Shown here piece after piece: positions 29,581 through 39,294 of a stretch of DNA of 42,738 nucleotides. Under the pieces are notes generated by a model, which saw nothing but the letters and a program-made list of their open reading frames with translations, searched no databases and was not told the DNA's origin. Origin of the DNA: Aquificales bacterium (lineage in GTDB: Bacteria > Aquificota > Aquificia > Aquificales > QOAS01). The stretch covers positions 1 through 42,738 of the forward strand of contig DTXZ01000004.1 of the NCBI GenBank assembly GCA_012962155.1, in the 5' to 3' direction. The translations under genes and the position numbers were made by a program. Numbering within the stretch: the stretch's first letter is position 1; each line of letters starts with the position of its first letter.

Positions 29581-31827
29581 TCAGCCCAATATCTCCTCCA
29601 ACCTTCTATCATAAACCCTCCTAACCTCCTCGGTGTTAATTTCCAAAACATTTTCACCGTTGTTGGTTACCCTCAAAATAGGTTCTTCCAAAGTCGTTCC
29701 AATTTTTAACCACTTAACACCTTTGGAGTTCAAAAATTCTTCAAATTCCGCCTCTTTTTCGGGGTCTACCGATACCACAACCCTAGTGGGGTTTTCCGAA
29801 AAGAGGAAGAAGTCTATCCTTTCGTCGGTGTATAGTTCCAAGTTGGCCCCCAGGGTGGTTTCCCCGTTGAAAAGTCCCTCCAAAACGGTGACTATCAACC
29901 CACCCAAACTAATGTCGTGCGCTCCCGTAATAAGTCTCTTGTTATTGAGCTCCACAAGGGTCTCTATTAATCTTTTCTCCTCCTTGAGGTCGAGGTCGGG
30001 AATATCACCCTTTACGAGTCCGTGAACCTCTTTTAAATATTCGCTCCCCGCAACGAAGGAGGATTTTTCTATATCCCCTATAAGGTAGAGGATATTGTTG
30101 GATTTAAACACCGAGGGGGTATAGTTGGTATAATCCTCCAAAACTCCAACCGCCACTACAACGGGCGTGGGATAGATATTCCTTATTTCACCCCCGCTAA
30201 CCGTTTCGTTGTACAGGGATACGTTCCCGCTTATTACGGGAACATTTAATTCTTCACAGGCTTGAGCCATACCCTCTATAGCCTTTACCAGTTGATACAT
30301 AATTTCGGGACGTTCGGGGTTTCCAAAATTCAGATTATCGGTAATAGCCAAGGGTTTTGCACCCACACACGCCACATTTCTACACGCTTCCGCTACCACC
30401 CACTTTCCACCCTTATAGGGGTCTAAGTAAACTATCCTTCCGTTGCCGTCGTTGGATATTGCGATACCCTTTTCGGTGTAAATTTCGGGACGGAGTTTCC
30501 ACTTTAGGCGGACTACCGCCGCGTCCCCTCCGGGGGTATAAACGGTATTCGTTCCAACTTGGTAATCGTATTGTTCATATATCCACCTCTTGTTTGCCAC
30601 ATTGGGGGAGGAAATTACCTTTAGGAGGGCCTCTTTTAAATTCACCTCGGGTAGGGTGTTTTGGTCAAAATTTTTAACCTCTTTTAGGTATTCGGGTTCC
30701 TTATAAGGACGGTCGTAGACGGGGGCTTGGTCAACTATTGCACTAACGGGTAAATCGGCCACCAGCCTACCCTTATAGTAGGCTTTAAACCTATCTCCTT
30801 CGGTGGTTTTGCCTATAACCGCGCACGCCAAGTGCCACTTTTGGGCCACCTTTTTGAGGTAAGGAACCAATTCCTCCTCCGTTACAATTAGCATTCTCTC
30901 TTGACTTTCCGAGAGTAATATCTCGTAAGGTGTCATTCCCTCCTCGCGGAGGGGAACATTTTCCAGATAGAGTTCAACCCCCAAACCGCTTTTGGAAGCC
31001 AACTCGGATGCGCTACCGGCCAAACCTCCCGCCCCGAGGTCTTGCATACCTACTATGGCCTCGGGTTTTTCGGTTAAAACTTCCCAGATGGCCTCTATAA
31101 GTTTCTTTCCAAAGAAGGGGTCTCCTATTTGAACATTGGGTCTTTTCTCTTCCGTATCCTCCCCAAATTGGGCGGAAGCCATTACCGCCCCCTTTATACC
31201 GTCCCTTCCCGTTTGCGAACCTATCAAAAATAGCACCTGTCCGGGACGGGTGGCCCGGGCCCTCTTCATTTTCCCCGCGGGGATTACCCCCAAACAAAAG
31301 GCATTCACCAAGGGGTTTGTTACGTAGCTGTCTTCATAAAAGGTATCTCCTCCCACGGTGGGAATACCAACGGGATTTCCATATCCACCTATCCCTTTGA
31401 CGACCCCCTTATTTAGCCCTCTACTTTTGGCCTCCTTTCTTATATCTCCAAACCTCAAGGAGTCGGTTAACGCTATGGGACGGGCACCCATAGATAGGAT
31501 GTCTCTAATAATTCCACCTACACCGGTTGCCGCTCCGTGAAAAGGTTCTATAAAAGAGGGATGGTTGTGACTTTCTATCTTAAAGGCTACCCATACATTT
31601 TCGTCTACCTCAACCACCCCCGCATTTTCGCCGGGACCTTGAACCACCCAAGGGGCTTTGGTAGGGAATTTCCTCAAGTGTTTACGGGAGGATTTATAGG
31701 AGCAATGTTCACTCCAAAGAGCTCCGAAAATTCCCAATTCAACCTCGTTGGGCTCCTTTTTTATAAGTTCTTTAATGAGTCTATACTCCTCTTCGGTAAG
31801 CCCCTGCTGTTGCCAAGGTTTCTCCAT
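29581..31827 (-). CDS. purL: Phosphoribosylformylglycinamidine synthase subunit PurL (small type)
   Basis: WSEHCSYKSS, ESHNHPS, GAATGVGGIIRD, QDLGAGG, LSESQERM, DNLNFGNP, SGNVSLYN; 748 aa. Confidence 0.98.
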   Translation of the reverse strand: MEKPWQQQGLTEEEYRLIKELIKKEPNEVELGIFGALWSEHCSYKSSRKHLRKFPTKAPWVVQGPGENAGVVEVDENVWVAFKIESHNHPSFIEPFHGAATGVGGIIRDILSMGARPIALTDSLRFGDIRKEAKSRGLNKGVVKGIGGYGNPVGIPTVGGDTFYEDSYVTNPLVNAFCLGVIPAGKMKRARATRPGQVLFLIGSQTGRDGIKGAVMASAQFGEDTEEKRPNVQIGDPFFGKKLIEAIWEVLTEKPEAIVGMQDLGAGGLAGSASELASKSGLGVELYLENVPLREEGMTPYEILLSESQERMLIVTEEELVPYLKKVAQKWHLACAVIGKTTEGDRFKAYYKGRLVADLPVSAIVDQAPVYDRPYKEPEYLKEVKNFDQNTLPEVNLKEALLKVISSPNVANKRWIYEQYDYQVGTNTVYTPGGDAAVVRLKWKLRPEIYTEKGIAISNDGNGRIVYLDPYKGGKWVVAEACRNVACVGAKPLAITDNLNFGNPERPEIMYQLVKAIEGMAQACEELNVPVISGNVSLYNETVSGGEIRNIYPTPVVVAVGVLEDYTNYTPSVFKSNNILYLIGDIEKSSFVAGSEYLKEVHGLVKGDIPDLDLKEEKRLIETLVELNNKRLITGAHDISLGGLIVTVLEGLFNGETTLGANLELYTDERIDFFLFSENPTRVVVSVDPEKEAEFEEFLNSKGVKWLKIGTTLEEPILRVTNNGENVLEINTEEVRRVYDRRLEEILG

Positions 31828-31889
31828 TAGGGGTAAATTCTAAAGAAACAATTCAGGCCTCCGTATATCTAATATTTAGAGATACCGCC

Positions 31890-34800
31890 ATGGGGGAAAA
31901 GATAAAAGCTATATTTGAAAAGGCTTGTCCCAACTGCGGAGGAGCGATAAGCGATTACAGACTCAAAAAAGGGTTACCCTGTTACAAATGTCTACCTAAA
32001 ATAGAGAAAGAGGATAGTTACCTTGCCTGTTTGGAACTTTCCGCAACCCAGAGATTGCAAGGGGATTTTAAAGAAATTTGCCAACTTTCGGAGGCGACCG
32101 GGGACTTTTCCAACTTTTTTAAGAGTATTCATAAATCCCCCCCTTGGTCTTTGCAGATAGCTTGGTTTAAAAGATTTTTCCTCGGGAGGAGCTTTGCCCT
32201 TCTCGCCCCGACCGGTATAGGTAAAACCACCTTCGGGCTCACCTTGAGTTTTTATTTGGCGAGGGAAAAACGGCAAAAAAGTTACCTGATATTTCCAACC
32301 CGCCTTTTGGTGGAACAAGCTCTAAATAAACTCCGCAAAATGGGTGTTCCCGAAGATTACCTACTTTTCTTCGGAGAAAAACCTTCGGTAACCAAAAAAC
32401 AGAAGGAGGAGAGGTTAAAACGTCTCCGAAAAGGGGATTTTAGGATTTTGATAACTACTTCCATGTTTTTATATAGAAATATAGAAGAGATACCCAAAGG
32501 GGTTTTCTCTCTGGTTTTTGTGGATGACGTGGACAGTTTCCTAAAAACCGCCAAAAATATAGATAAGGTTCTGTATCTGCTCGGCTTTAGCCAAGAGGAC
32601 ATAGATTGGGCTTTTAGAATTATCCGCCTAAGGCGGGACCTCTCCCAAAGACCGGACGCCAAACCCGAAGATTGGGAAAAGCTAAGGGAGGAAGAGGAAA
32701 ATCTTAAAAAACATGCCCAAAGGGTTAGAAAAGGGGTTTTAATAGTTTCTTCCGCCACTTCCAACCCCAGAAGCGAGAGGATTAAACTATTTAGGGAACT
32801 TTTGGGATTTGAGGTAGGGCGTCCCCTCTTCTATTTGAGGAATGTGGTGGACGCCTACGAAGATAAATTTTTGGGCGACCAAAAGGTTATCTTAAACCAC
32901 AAACCGCTGTGGGATTTCGTCTACCAGTTTGTAAAAAAACACCCCAAGGGGGGACTTATCTATATTTCCCAAGATAGGGGTAAGGAAGAGGTAGACCGTT
33001 TGGTGGAATACCTCAACTCAAAGGGACTGAAGGTGGTCTCCTACGAAAAAATGGACAAACACCTACAGGATTATGAGGAGGGAAGGGTAAACGCCCTGGT
33101 GGGAATAGCTTCTTACAGAAACCCCTTGGCCCGCGGTTTTGATATGCCCCACGTGGTTCGGTATGCCCTCTTTGTGGGTGTTCCCAAACTAAAATTCACC
33201 CTGAAGGTGGAAGAGCATATATCCCACATACTTTGGGTGTTGCTCGCTTTGCGCCCCTTACTCGCCAAGGACGGGGAGCTAAAAGCAAAATACCTCCAAA
33301 AGTTGGACCGTTGGATAGAAAGGCTTAGGAGATACTCCTATCTATCGGAGGAATTTATTGAGCGGAATGAGCGCCTAAAGGAAATTATAGAGAAGATAAG
33401 AAACGAGGTAAGGGAGTTTATAGAAAACCCCCAAATCCTTGAGAGGATAAAAGAGAGTGAAGAGATCACCCTAAGGTGGGACGAGAAAGAGGGCTACACC
33501 CTAATAGTTGCGGATGTAACGGGATATCTTCAGGCGTCGGGTAGAACCTCCCGCCTCTATGCGGGTGGACTTACCAGAGGTTTTTCTCTAGTTTTGGTGG
33601 ACGACAAAAAAGCCTTTAACAACCTCAGGAAGAAAGTTAAATGGTTTAGCGACGAGATAGAGTTTACCCCTTTGGACAAGGTGGAACTGGAAAAACTCTT
33701 TGAGGAGATTGAAAAGGATAGACAAAAGGTGGTTAAGTTCCTAAAGGGTGAAATCCCCAAAGGTGCAAAAGAGCTTATTAAACCGGTATTGGTTGTAGTG
33801 GAATCTCCCAACAAGGCGAGAACCATAGCCAACTTCTTCGGAAAACCCCTAAGGAGGAGAATCGGAGATATAGACGTTATGGAGGTTTCCCTCGGAGATA
33901 AATTCCTAGCCGTAACCGCCTCAGCGGGACACATCTACGACCTAATAAAAAAGAATGAAGGAAATCTCTTCCACGGCGTAATAGTGGAAGGTTCCAAAAC
34001 AAACCCCAGCCACTTTATACCTGTATACGAACCGATAGAGCAGGAAACCCCTTCGGGAGGGGTCAGGGACAAAGAGGAAATTATCAACTCTTTACGTCAA
34101 GCTGGACTTGAGGTTGCGGAGGTTTACATAGGAACCGACCCCGACAGTATTACGGGTGACAGTAAAGTTCTCGTCAAGGTTGGGGATGAAATAAAACAGA
34201 TTACGGTAGAAAAACTATTCGAAGAACTAAAGGAGCGGCATGAAGTAGAGCTCCGGAACGGGCATGAGTATTTAAAACCGTCAGACCTTTACATTCCCGT
34301 TGTAGATAGGGATTTTAGCGTTAGGTTCGGAAGGGCTAAATACCTAATCCGCCACAAGGTTAGAAAACCTATATACAAAATAACAACCCAAAGTGGAAGA
34401 GAAATAAAGATTACGGGGGACCACTCCATCTTTAGGTTGGATGAAAACTTTACCCTCCAAGAAGAGAAACCCAGCCAACTCCGAGAAGGTGATTTTATAG
34501 TTGTAAACTCCCGCCTTCCGGAGATAAAAACGGGAAACCTTCAACCTAAAGGGGATTACGGAAGACAGATAGGTGATATCTTTGAGGATAGAATAAAAAA
34601 AATAGAACTTTTACCTATAGAGGAACAATACGTTTACGATTTTGAAACCGAAACCCAAAACTTTATAGCCAACAATATCCTTTGCCACAACACCGAAGGG
34701 GAAAAAATCGCCTGGGACCTTTACGAGATTTTAAAACCTTACAACTTCAACATTAGAAGAATGGAATTTCACGAGGTCACCAAAAGGGCTATTATTGAAG

Positions 34801-36113
34801 CCCTAAACAACCCCCGCCGGTTGGACGAAAACTTGGTTTCGGCCCAAATGGTTAGGAGAATTGCGGACCGCTGGGTGGGTTTCGAGCTGTCCCAACTTCT
34901 TCAGGAACACTTCAAGAAACCCTGGCTTAGCGCCGGAAGGGTTCAAACCCCCGTTCTAGGTTGGGTGATAGAGAGGGACAAACAATACCGAACCAAGAGA
35001 GGAGCGGTATTGGTATATCTACCCAATACGGAAAAGGAGAAAAGAAGGGTCTCCGTAAGTTGGGAATTTGAAGATAAAAAACTGGCAAGGGAATTTTACA
35101 AAAACCTAAAAGAGGTTGAGGTTAGGGTCGTTTCCAAACGCAAAGAGGAAAGGAAACCGGCCCCTCCCTTTACCACCGATACAATGCTCAAGGAAGCCAG
35201 CGAAAAACTACGCTTTAGCGCAAGTAAAACGATGAAATTGGCACAAGAGCTATTTGAAAGTGGCTTTATCACTTATATGAGAACCGACAGCACCCGCGTT
35301 TCCGACGTAGGAATAGCCATAGCCAAGGAATACATCGGCGAAAACTTTGGGAAAGAGTATTTCTATCCCAGACATTGGGGGGAAGGTGGAGCCCACGAAT
35401 GCATCAGACCGACCCACCCGTGGGATACCGAGGAAATCCGGTCAATGATGCTTAGCGGACAGATTCAGAGACTTACCGGCGACCACCTAAGGCTGTACGA
35501 ACTCATATTTAAACGCTTTATGGCCTCTCAAATGAGGCCTGCAACCGCCGAAGTTTCAAAGATAGAGGTAACCCCCCTTTTGGAGAGCGGAAATCTGCCA
35601 ACTCCAAAGGTTGAAAAGGAAGAGGTTACCGCGATTGTGGAGGACGGTTTTAACCTCCTTTTACCCTTGGACCTTTATTTTGTAAAGGAGGGAACTTTTA
35701 AAGTGGAAGAAGAACCGGACCAAAACCGGGAAAATGCCATAAAAGTCTACAAACTTGTACCTCTAGCCTACCCCTTTACCCAAGGAAGTTTAATAGAGGA
35801 GATGAAAAAACGGGGAATAGGACGCCCTTCGACCTATGCCCAAATAGTACAAAAACTGTTAGATAGAGGTTACGTCATAGAGAGGAAAAATTACCTTTTT
35901 CCCACCAAGCTGGGAAAGGAAGTTTATAGCTACCTTATACGGTTAAAGGCGGCGGAAAAATTCGTTAAGGAAGAATTTACGAGAATTTTGGAAGAACTAA
36001 TGGACAAGATAGAGAGGGGAGAGGTTCATTACATAGATGTTCTTAGAGATTTGTTTGAGGAAGTTTTGAAGGTTGAAATGGTCAGGAATAATAGGGAAGG
36101 AGATGAAAATTAG
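31890..36113 (+). CDS. rgy: Reverse gyrase (intein-containing precursor; 1225 aa after splicing)
   Basis: N-terminal Zn finger CPNCGG...CYKC, helicase motifs APTGIGKT, DDVD and QASGRTSR, TOPRIM VVESP.KA and DPD|TEGE, SAGRVQTP, catalytic ITYMRTDS, GIGRPSTY. Confidence 0.98.
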   Translation: MGEKIKAIFEKACPNCGGAISDYRLKKGLPCYKCLPKIEKEDSYLACLELSATQRLQGDFKEICQLSEATGDFSNFFKSIHKSPPWSLQIAWFKRFFLGRSFALLAPTGIGKTTFGLTLSFYLAREKRQKSYLIFPTRLLVEQALNKLRKMGVPEDYLLFFGEKPSVTKKQKEERLKRLRKGDFRILITTSMFLYRNIEEIPKGVFSLVFVDDVDSFLKTAKNIDKVLYLLGFSQEDIDWAFRIIRLRRDLSQRPDAKPEDWEKLREEEENLKKHAQRVRKGVLIVSSATSNPRSERIKLFRELLGFEVGRPLFYLRNVVDAYEDKFLGDQKVILNHKPLWDFVYQFVKKHPKGGLIYISQDRGKEEVDRLVEYLNSKGLKVVSYEKMDKHLQDYEEGRVNALVGIASYRNPLARGFDMPHVVRYALFVGVPKLKFTLKVEEHISHILWVLLALRPLLAKDGELKAKYLQKLDRWIERLRRYSYLSEEFIERNERLKEIIEKIRNEVREFIENPQILERIKESEEITLRWDEKEGYTLIVADVTGYLQASGRTSRLYAGGLTRGFSLVLVDDKKAFNNLRKKVKWFSDEIEFTPLDKVELEKLFEEIEKDRQKVVKFLKGEIPKGAKELIKPVLVVVESPNKARTIANFFGKPLRRRIGDIDVMEVSLGDKFLAVTASAGHIYDLIKKNEGNLFHGVIVEGSKTNPSHFIPVYEPIEQETPSGGVRDKEEIINSLRQAGLEVAEVYIGTDPDSITGDSKVLVKVGDEIKQITVEKLFEELKERHEVELRNGHEYLKPSDLYIPVVDRDFSVRFGRAKYLIRHKVRKPIYKITTQSGREIKITGDHSIFRLDENFTLQEEKPSQLREGDFIVVNSRLPEIKTGNLQPKGDYGRQIGDIFEDRIKKIELLPIEEQYVYDFETETQNFIANNILCHNTEGEKIAWDLYEILKPYNFNIRRMEFHEVTKRAIIEALNNPRRLDENLVSAQMVRRIADRWVGFELSQLLQEHFKKPWLSAGRVQTPVLGWVIERDKQYRTKRGAVLVYLPNTEKEKRRVSVSWEFEDKKLAREFYKNLKEVEVRVVSKRKEERKPAPPFTTDTMLKEASEKLRFSASKTMKLAQELFESGFITYMRTDSTRVSDVGIAIAKEYIGENFGKEYFYPRHWGEGGAHECIRPTHPWDTEEIRSMMLSGQIQRLTGDHLRLYELIFKRFMASQMRPATAEVSKIEVTPLLESGNLPTPKVEKEEVTAIVEDGFNLLLPLDLYFVKEGTFKVEEEPDQNRENAIKVYKLVPLAYPFTQGSLIEEMKKRGIGRPSTYAQIVQKLLDRGYVIERKNYLFPTKLGKEVYSYLIRLKAAEKFVKEEFTRILEELMDKIERGEVHYIDVLRDLFEEVLKVEMVRNNREGDEN
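34146..34691 (+). mobile_element. Mini-intein (182 aa, no homing endonuclease) in reverse gyrase
   Basis: Block A SITGDSKVLV (Ser1), block B GREIKITGDHSIF (TxxH), block F YVYDFETETQNFIAN, block G ILCHN followed by +1 Thr. Removal restores GTDPD-TEGEKIAWD. Confidence 0.95.
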
Positions 36114-36194
36114 ACCTTTTCCTACCTCCTTGTCTAAATTTATTTCCCCTTTCTTTCCTTTAGCCGTCCCGTTAAGTTTAAATTAATCTTTCCT

Positions 36195-37319
36195 ATGAAG
36201 AAAGAGAGATTATTTACACCGGGACCGGTTCAAATTCCCGAAAGAGTTTTAAAGGTTTTGGGTGAGCCTATAATCCACCACCGCACTCCGGAGTTTAAGG
36301 AAATTTTTGCCTACACAAGAGAGTTGTTTAAAAGGCTGGTGGATAGCCCAAGCGATAACTTTGTCTACTTTGCCTCCAGCGGAACGGGTGCTATGGAGGC
36401 GGCGGTTGCCAACTTTTTTAAACCCGGGGAAAAAGTAATAGTAATAAACGCGGGTAAATTCGGCGAAAGGTGGGTTCAAATAGCCAACACCTATGGGTTA
36501 GAAATTGTAGAACTGAAATACGAATGGGGGAAATCGGTAGATATAGACCAACTTAAGGATTCTTTAGATAGAAACCCTGACGCTAAGGGTGTTTTGTTTC
36601 AAATTTCGGAAACCTCCACGGGTGCCTACCACGATTACAAAGCCATAGGAGAACTCTGTAAAAATAGGGATACTTTGGTTGTTGCGGATGCGATAACCAC
36701 CTTGGGAGTTTACAACATAAAACCCCAACAGGAGGGGATAGACATTCTTATAGGTGGTTCCCAAAAGGCATTAATGCTTCCGCCGGGACTTTCCATACTT
36801 TGGTTCTCCGAAAGAGCGGAAAAGAGGTTAAACCCGAAGGGCTATTACTTTGATGTTAAAAAAGAGGTTAAGAAACAAAAAGATGCGACAACAGCCTATA
36901 CCCCCGCGGTAAGTCTAATTATCGGCCTCAGGGAAAGTTTGGAAATATTGCTTGAGGAAGGAATGGAGAATGTGGAGAAAAGACACCGTATTATGAGTGA
37001 AGCAACCCGCAAAGCGGTAGAGGAATTGGGATTCAAAGTGCTCCCCGAAAAACCCGCAATTTCCGTTACCGCGATATTATCCGAATTTGCGGAAAAGCTT
37101 AGAAAAGAGATGCTAACATTGGGGGTTAGAACCGCGGGAGGACAAGACCACCTAAAGGGTAAACTTTTTAGAATTTCCCACATGGGTTATTTGGATATGT
37201 TAGACCACTTCAGTGCGATAGGAGCTTTGGAACTGGCAATGGTCAAGGTGCTTGGTAAAACCGACCACCTCGGAAAGGGAATAAGGGCATTCCAAAAAGC
37301 TATCGTTATAAATGGGTAA
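36195..37319 (+). CDS. Class V PLP aminotransferase (serine-pyruvate/alanine-glyoxylate/phosphoserine aminotransferase-like)
   Basis: TPGP, HHR..EF, SGTGAME, GKFGERW, ETSTG, DAIT, PLP-lysine GSQKALMLPPG, TAYTP, GGQ..L.GK.FRI.HMG. Confidence 0.88.
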   Translation: MKKERLFTPGPVQIPERVLKVLGEPIIHHRTPEFKEIFAYTRELFKRLVDSPSDNFVYFASSGTGAMEAAVANFFKPGEKVIVINAGKFGERWVQIANTYGLEIVELKYEWGKSVDIDQLKDSLDRNPDAKGVLFQISETSTGAYHDYKAIGELCKNRDTLVVADAITTLGVYNIKPQQEGIDILIGGSQKALMLPPGLSILWFSERAEKRLNPKGYYFDVKKEVKKQKDATTAYTPAVSLIIGLRESLEILLEEGMENVEKRHRIMSEATRKAVEELGFKVLPEKPAISVTAILSEFAEKLRKEMLTLGVRTAGGQDHLKGKLFRISHMGYLDMLDHFSAIGALELAMVKVLGKTDHLGKGIRAFQKAIVING

Positions 37320-37389
37320 AGTTTGTAAAACCCTTTTTCTAGTCTTTTTTCAAAAATTTAAATATTAAGAAAAAGGGAAAAATTTCGGA

Positions 37390-39240
37390 TTATTCCCCTT
37401 CGGGTCTTTCCACAATGTAGAGGATGTCATCCCAAGGATGCCTGTAGAGAGGCATACCGAGGCGTTTTTCATCCAAGATATGACCAATAAATCCTATAGA
37501 CCTTCCGAGAACGAAGAAGGCGTTAAAGGCTCCCGCCTCTATGAGTTCCTCAATTTCCTTATCGCTGTAACCGAGAGCTTTAAACATATCTACGAGCAAC
37601 ACTCCGATGGTTCCGTCCACGTTGAGAATGAGGTTTTCTTTCTTTGCGGTTGTAACCTTTTCAACTTCTAGAGCGTAGTCTAAGTATTCCGTGCTGGGGA
37701 AATGTTTTTTAGCGTAGTTTTTGAGAAGTTCAACCCTTTTATCGGGGTTTTTAACAGACTTAATCCTGTGTCCGATACCGGGAATGTTTTTCTTCTCCAC
37801 GTTCTTCATATAGTCAACAAACTCATAGGGGTCCATGCCTTTGTCTTTTGCCATTTTAAAGTATTTGGCGGCACCGTCAATCGCTCCACCGAACCTGGGA
37901 CCTATGGTTAGAATTGCGGTAGCCAGTGCCGACATTAGGTCTTTACCCGCCCTGGCGGTAACCCTCGCATTGTGGGCTCCCGATACCGCGGGCCCGTGGT
38001 CTGCAACAATCTTAATAACCATATCTATAAAGTCGGAAGCCCATTTGGGGAACTTGCGCCTAAACCACAGGAGTCCTATAACATCCGCGATGGAGTAACC
38101 CTTTTCAACAACTTCGGAAATGGGTATTCCGCAGTAGGTAGCCTCTTCGCCCCTATCGTCGGAAATTGTGCATACAAAGTGGCTGGGCCTTCTAACCTTT
38201 CCTTGGGCGCGCAATTTGTTGTAATCTTCGGGAATGGGAGGAACTTCGGGTTCTTCAATTTCGGTTATTTCGCCTTTTGCCTTAAGTTCTTCGTAAACAC
38301 CCCTAATTAACTCGGGCAGGTCGTTGAAAGATTTGGGAACCAATGCCCCCGCTTCCCTAAGGGCTTGGTTTTTAGCGTCCGCCGTTTCCCTTTCCGCACC
38401 AGCTTTAGCACCGGCGTGCCCGAATTGAACTTCACCACCGAAATGTTTGGCAATGGTTCCGATACACCAGGCGATAACTGGTTTGGTTATTTTCCCGCTG
38501 GCTATAGCATCCGCAACTTTGTATTCCAGTTCTCCACCAACCTCTCCGAGCATTATCATAAATTTGATTTGGGGGTTTTCCTGGAACCTAAGCAGATGGT
38601 CTAAGAAATCGCTTCCGGGGAATCGGTCACCACCTATCGCAATACCTTCAACAATACCGTTTGCGTTTCTTGCGATAACATTGGCAAGCTCGTTAAACAG
38701 TCCCCCCGAGCGGGTAACAAGTCCAACGCTTCCGGGACGGTGGAGTTTCGCCTTTACGATGTTTTGAAGGGTTCCCCCCGCGTTACCTATTCTGAAAGCT
38801 CCCGCCGCTATTCCACCGACGGTAGCGGGGCCTATAATCCATTTACCCAGAGACTTAGCCTTTTCCCTCATTTCGAGGGCGAATCTTTCGGGGATTCCCT
38901 CCGCCGTTATAGCTACAGTCCTTATAGTGGGAATGTCAAGCGCTTCCATAGTAACCTTGTAAGCGGTTCTAAAGGATGCGAAGTTTACTAGAACATCGGC
39001 TTCGGGATGAGCCTCTGCCGCCTCTTGGCTAGACCTGTAGATAGGTATCAAAATTTCACCGGTTCCGTAAAAGAATTTTTCAAATTTTCTATTTTGGGTG
39101 GGGGCGACTATTGCCACGATAGAGGGGCTTCTACCCACGAGGTAGTCGTAATCAAGCATCCTCTGAATTGCATTAGGGTTGAGGTTCCAAAAGATTGCCT
39201 TTGTATTCCTGTCAAACAAAAGATATTCGGGTTTTGCCAT
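37390..39240 (-). CDS. aclA: ATP citrate lyase large (alpha) subunit
   Basis: QRMLDYDY, IGPATVGG, GGDRFPG, phospho-His QFGHAGA, fused citryl-CoA lyase domain DHGPAVSGAH, PGIGHRIKS..NPDKRV and LNVDG; 616 aa; GGAGG SD. Confidence 0.95.
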   Translation of the reverse strand: MAKPEYLLFDRNTKAIFWNLNPNAIQRMLDYDYLVGRSPSIVAIVAPTQNRKFEKFFYGTGEILIPIYRSSQEAAEAHPEADVLVNFASFRTAYKVTMEALDIPTIRTVAITAEGIPERFALEMREKAKSLGKWIIGPATVGGIAAGAFRIGNAGGTLQNIVKAKLHRPGSVGLVTRSGGLFNELANVIARNANGIVEGIAIGGDRFPGSDFLDHLLRFQENPQIKFMIMLGEVGGELEYKVADAIASGKITKPVIAWCIGTIAKHFGGEVQFGHAGAKAGAERETADAKNQALREAGALVPKSFNDLPELIRGVYEELKAKGEITEIEEPEVPPIPEDYNKLRAQGKVRRPSHFVCTISDDRGEEATYCGIPISEVVEKGYSIADVIGLLWFRRKFPKWASDFIDMVIKIVADHGPAVSGAHNARVTARAGKDLMSALATAILTIGPRFGGAIDGAAKYFKMAKDKGMDPYEFVDYMKNVEKKNIPGIGHRIKSVKNPDKRVELLKNYAKKHFPSTEYLDYALEVEKVTTAKKENLILNVDGTIGVLLVDMFKALGYSDKEIEELIEAGAFNAFFVLGRSIGFIGHILDEKRLGMPLYRHPWDDILYIVERPEGE

Positions 39241-39294
39241 ATTTTAGACCTCCGCAATTTTTAGCTAAGTATATAAAAGAAAAAAGTGAACGAA

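Noticed and set aside
34480-34580. Homing endonuclease inside the intein
   Set aside because: Only a short linker lies between the splicing regions; no LAGLIDADG or HNH motif.
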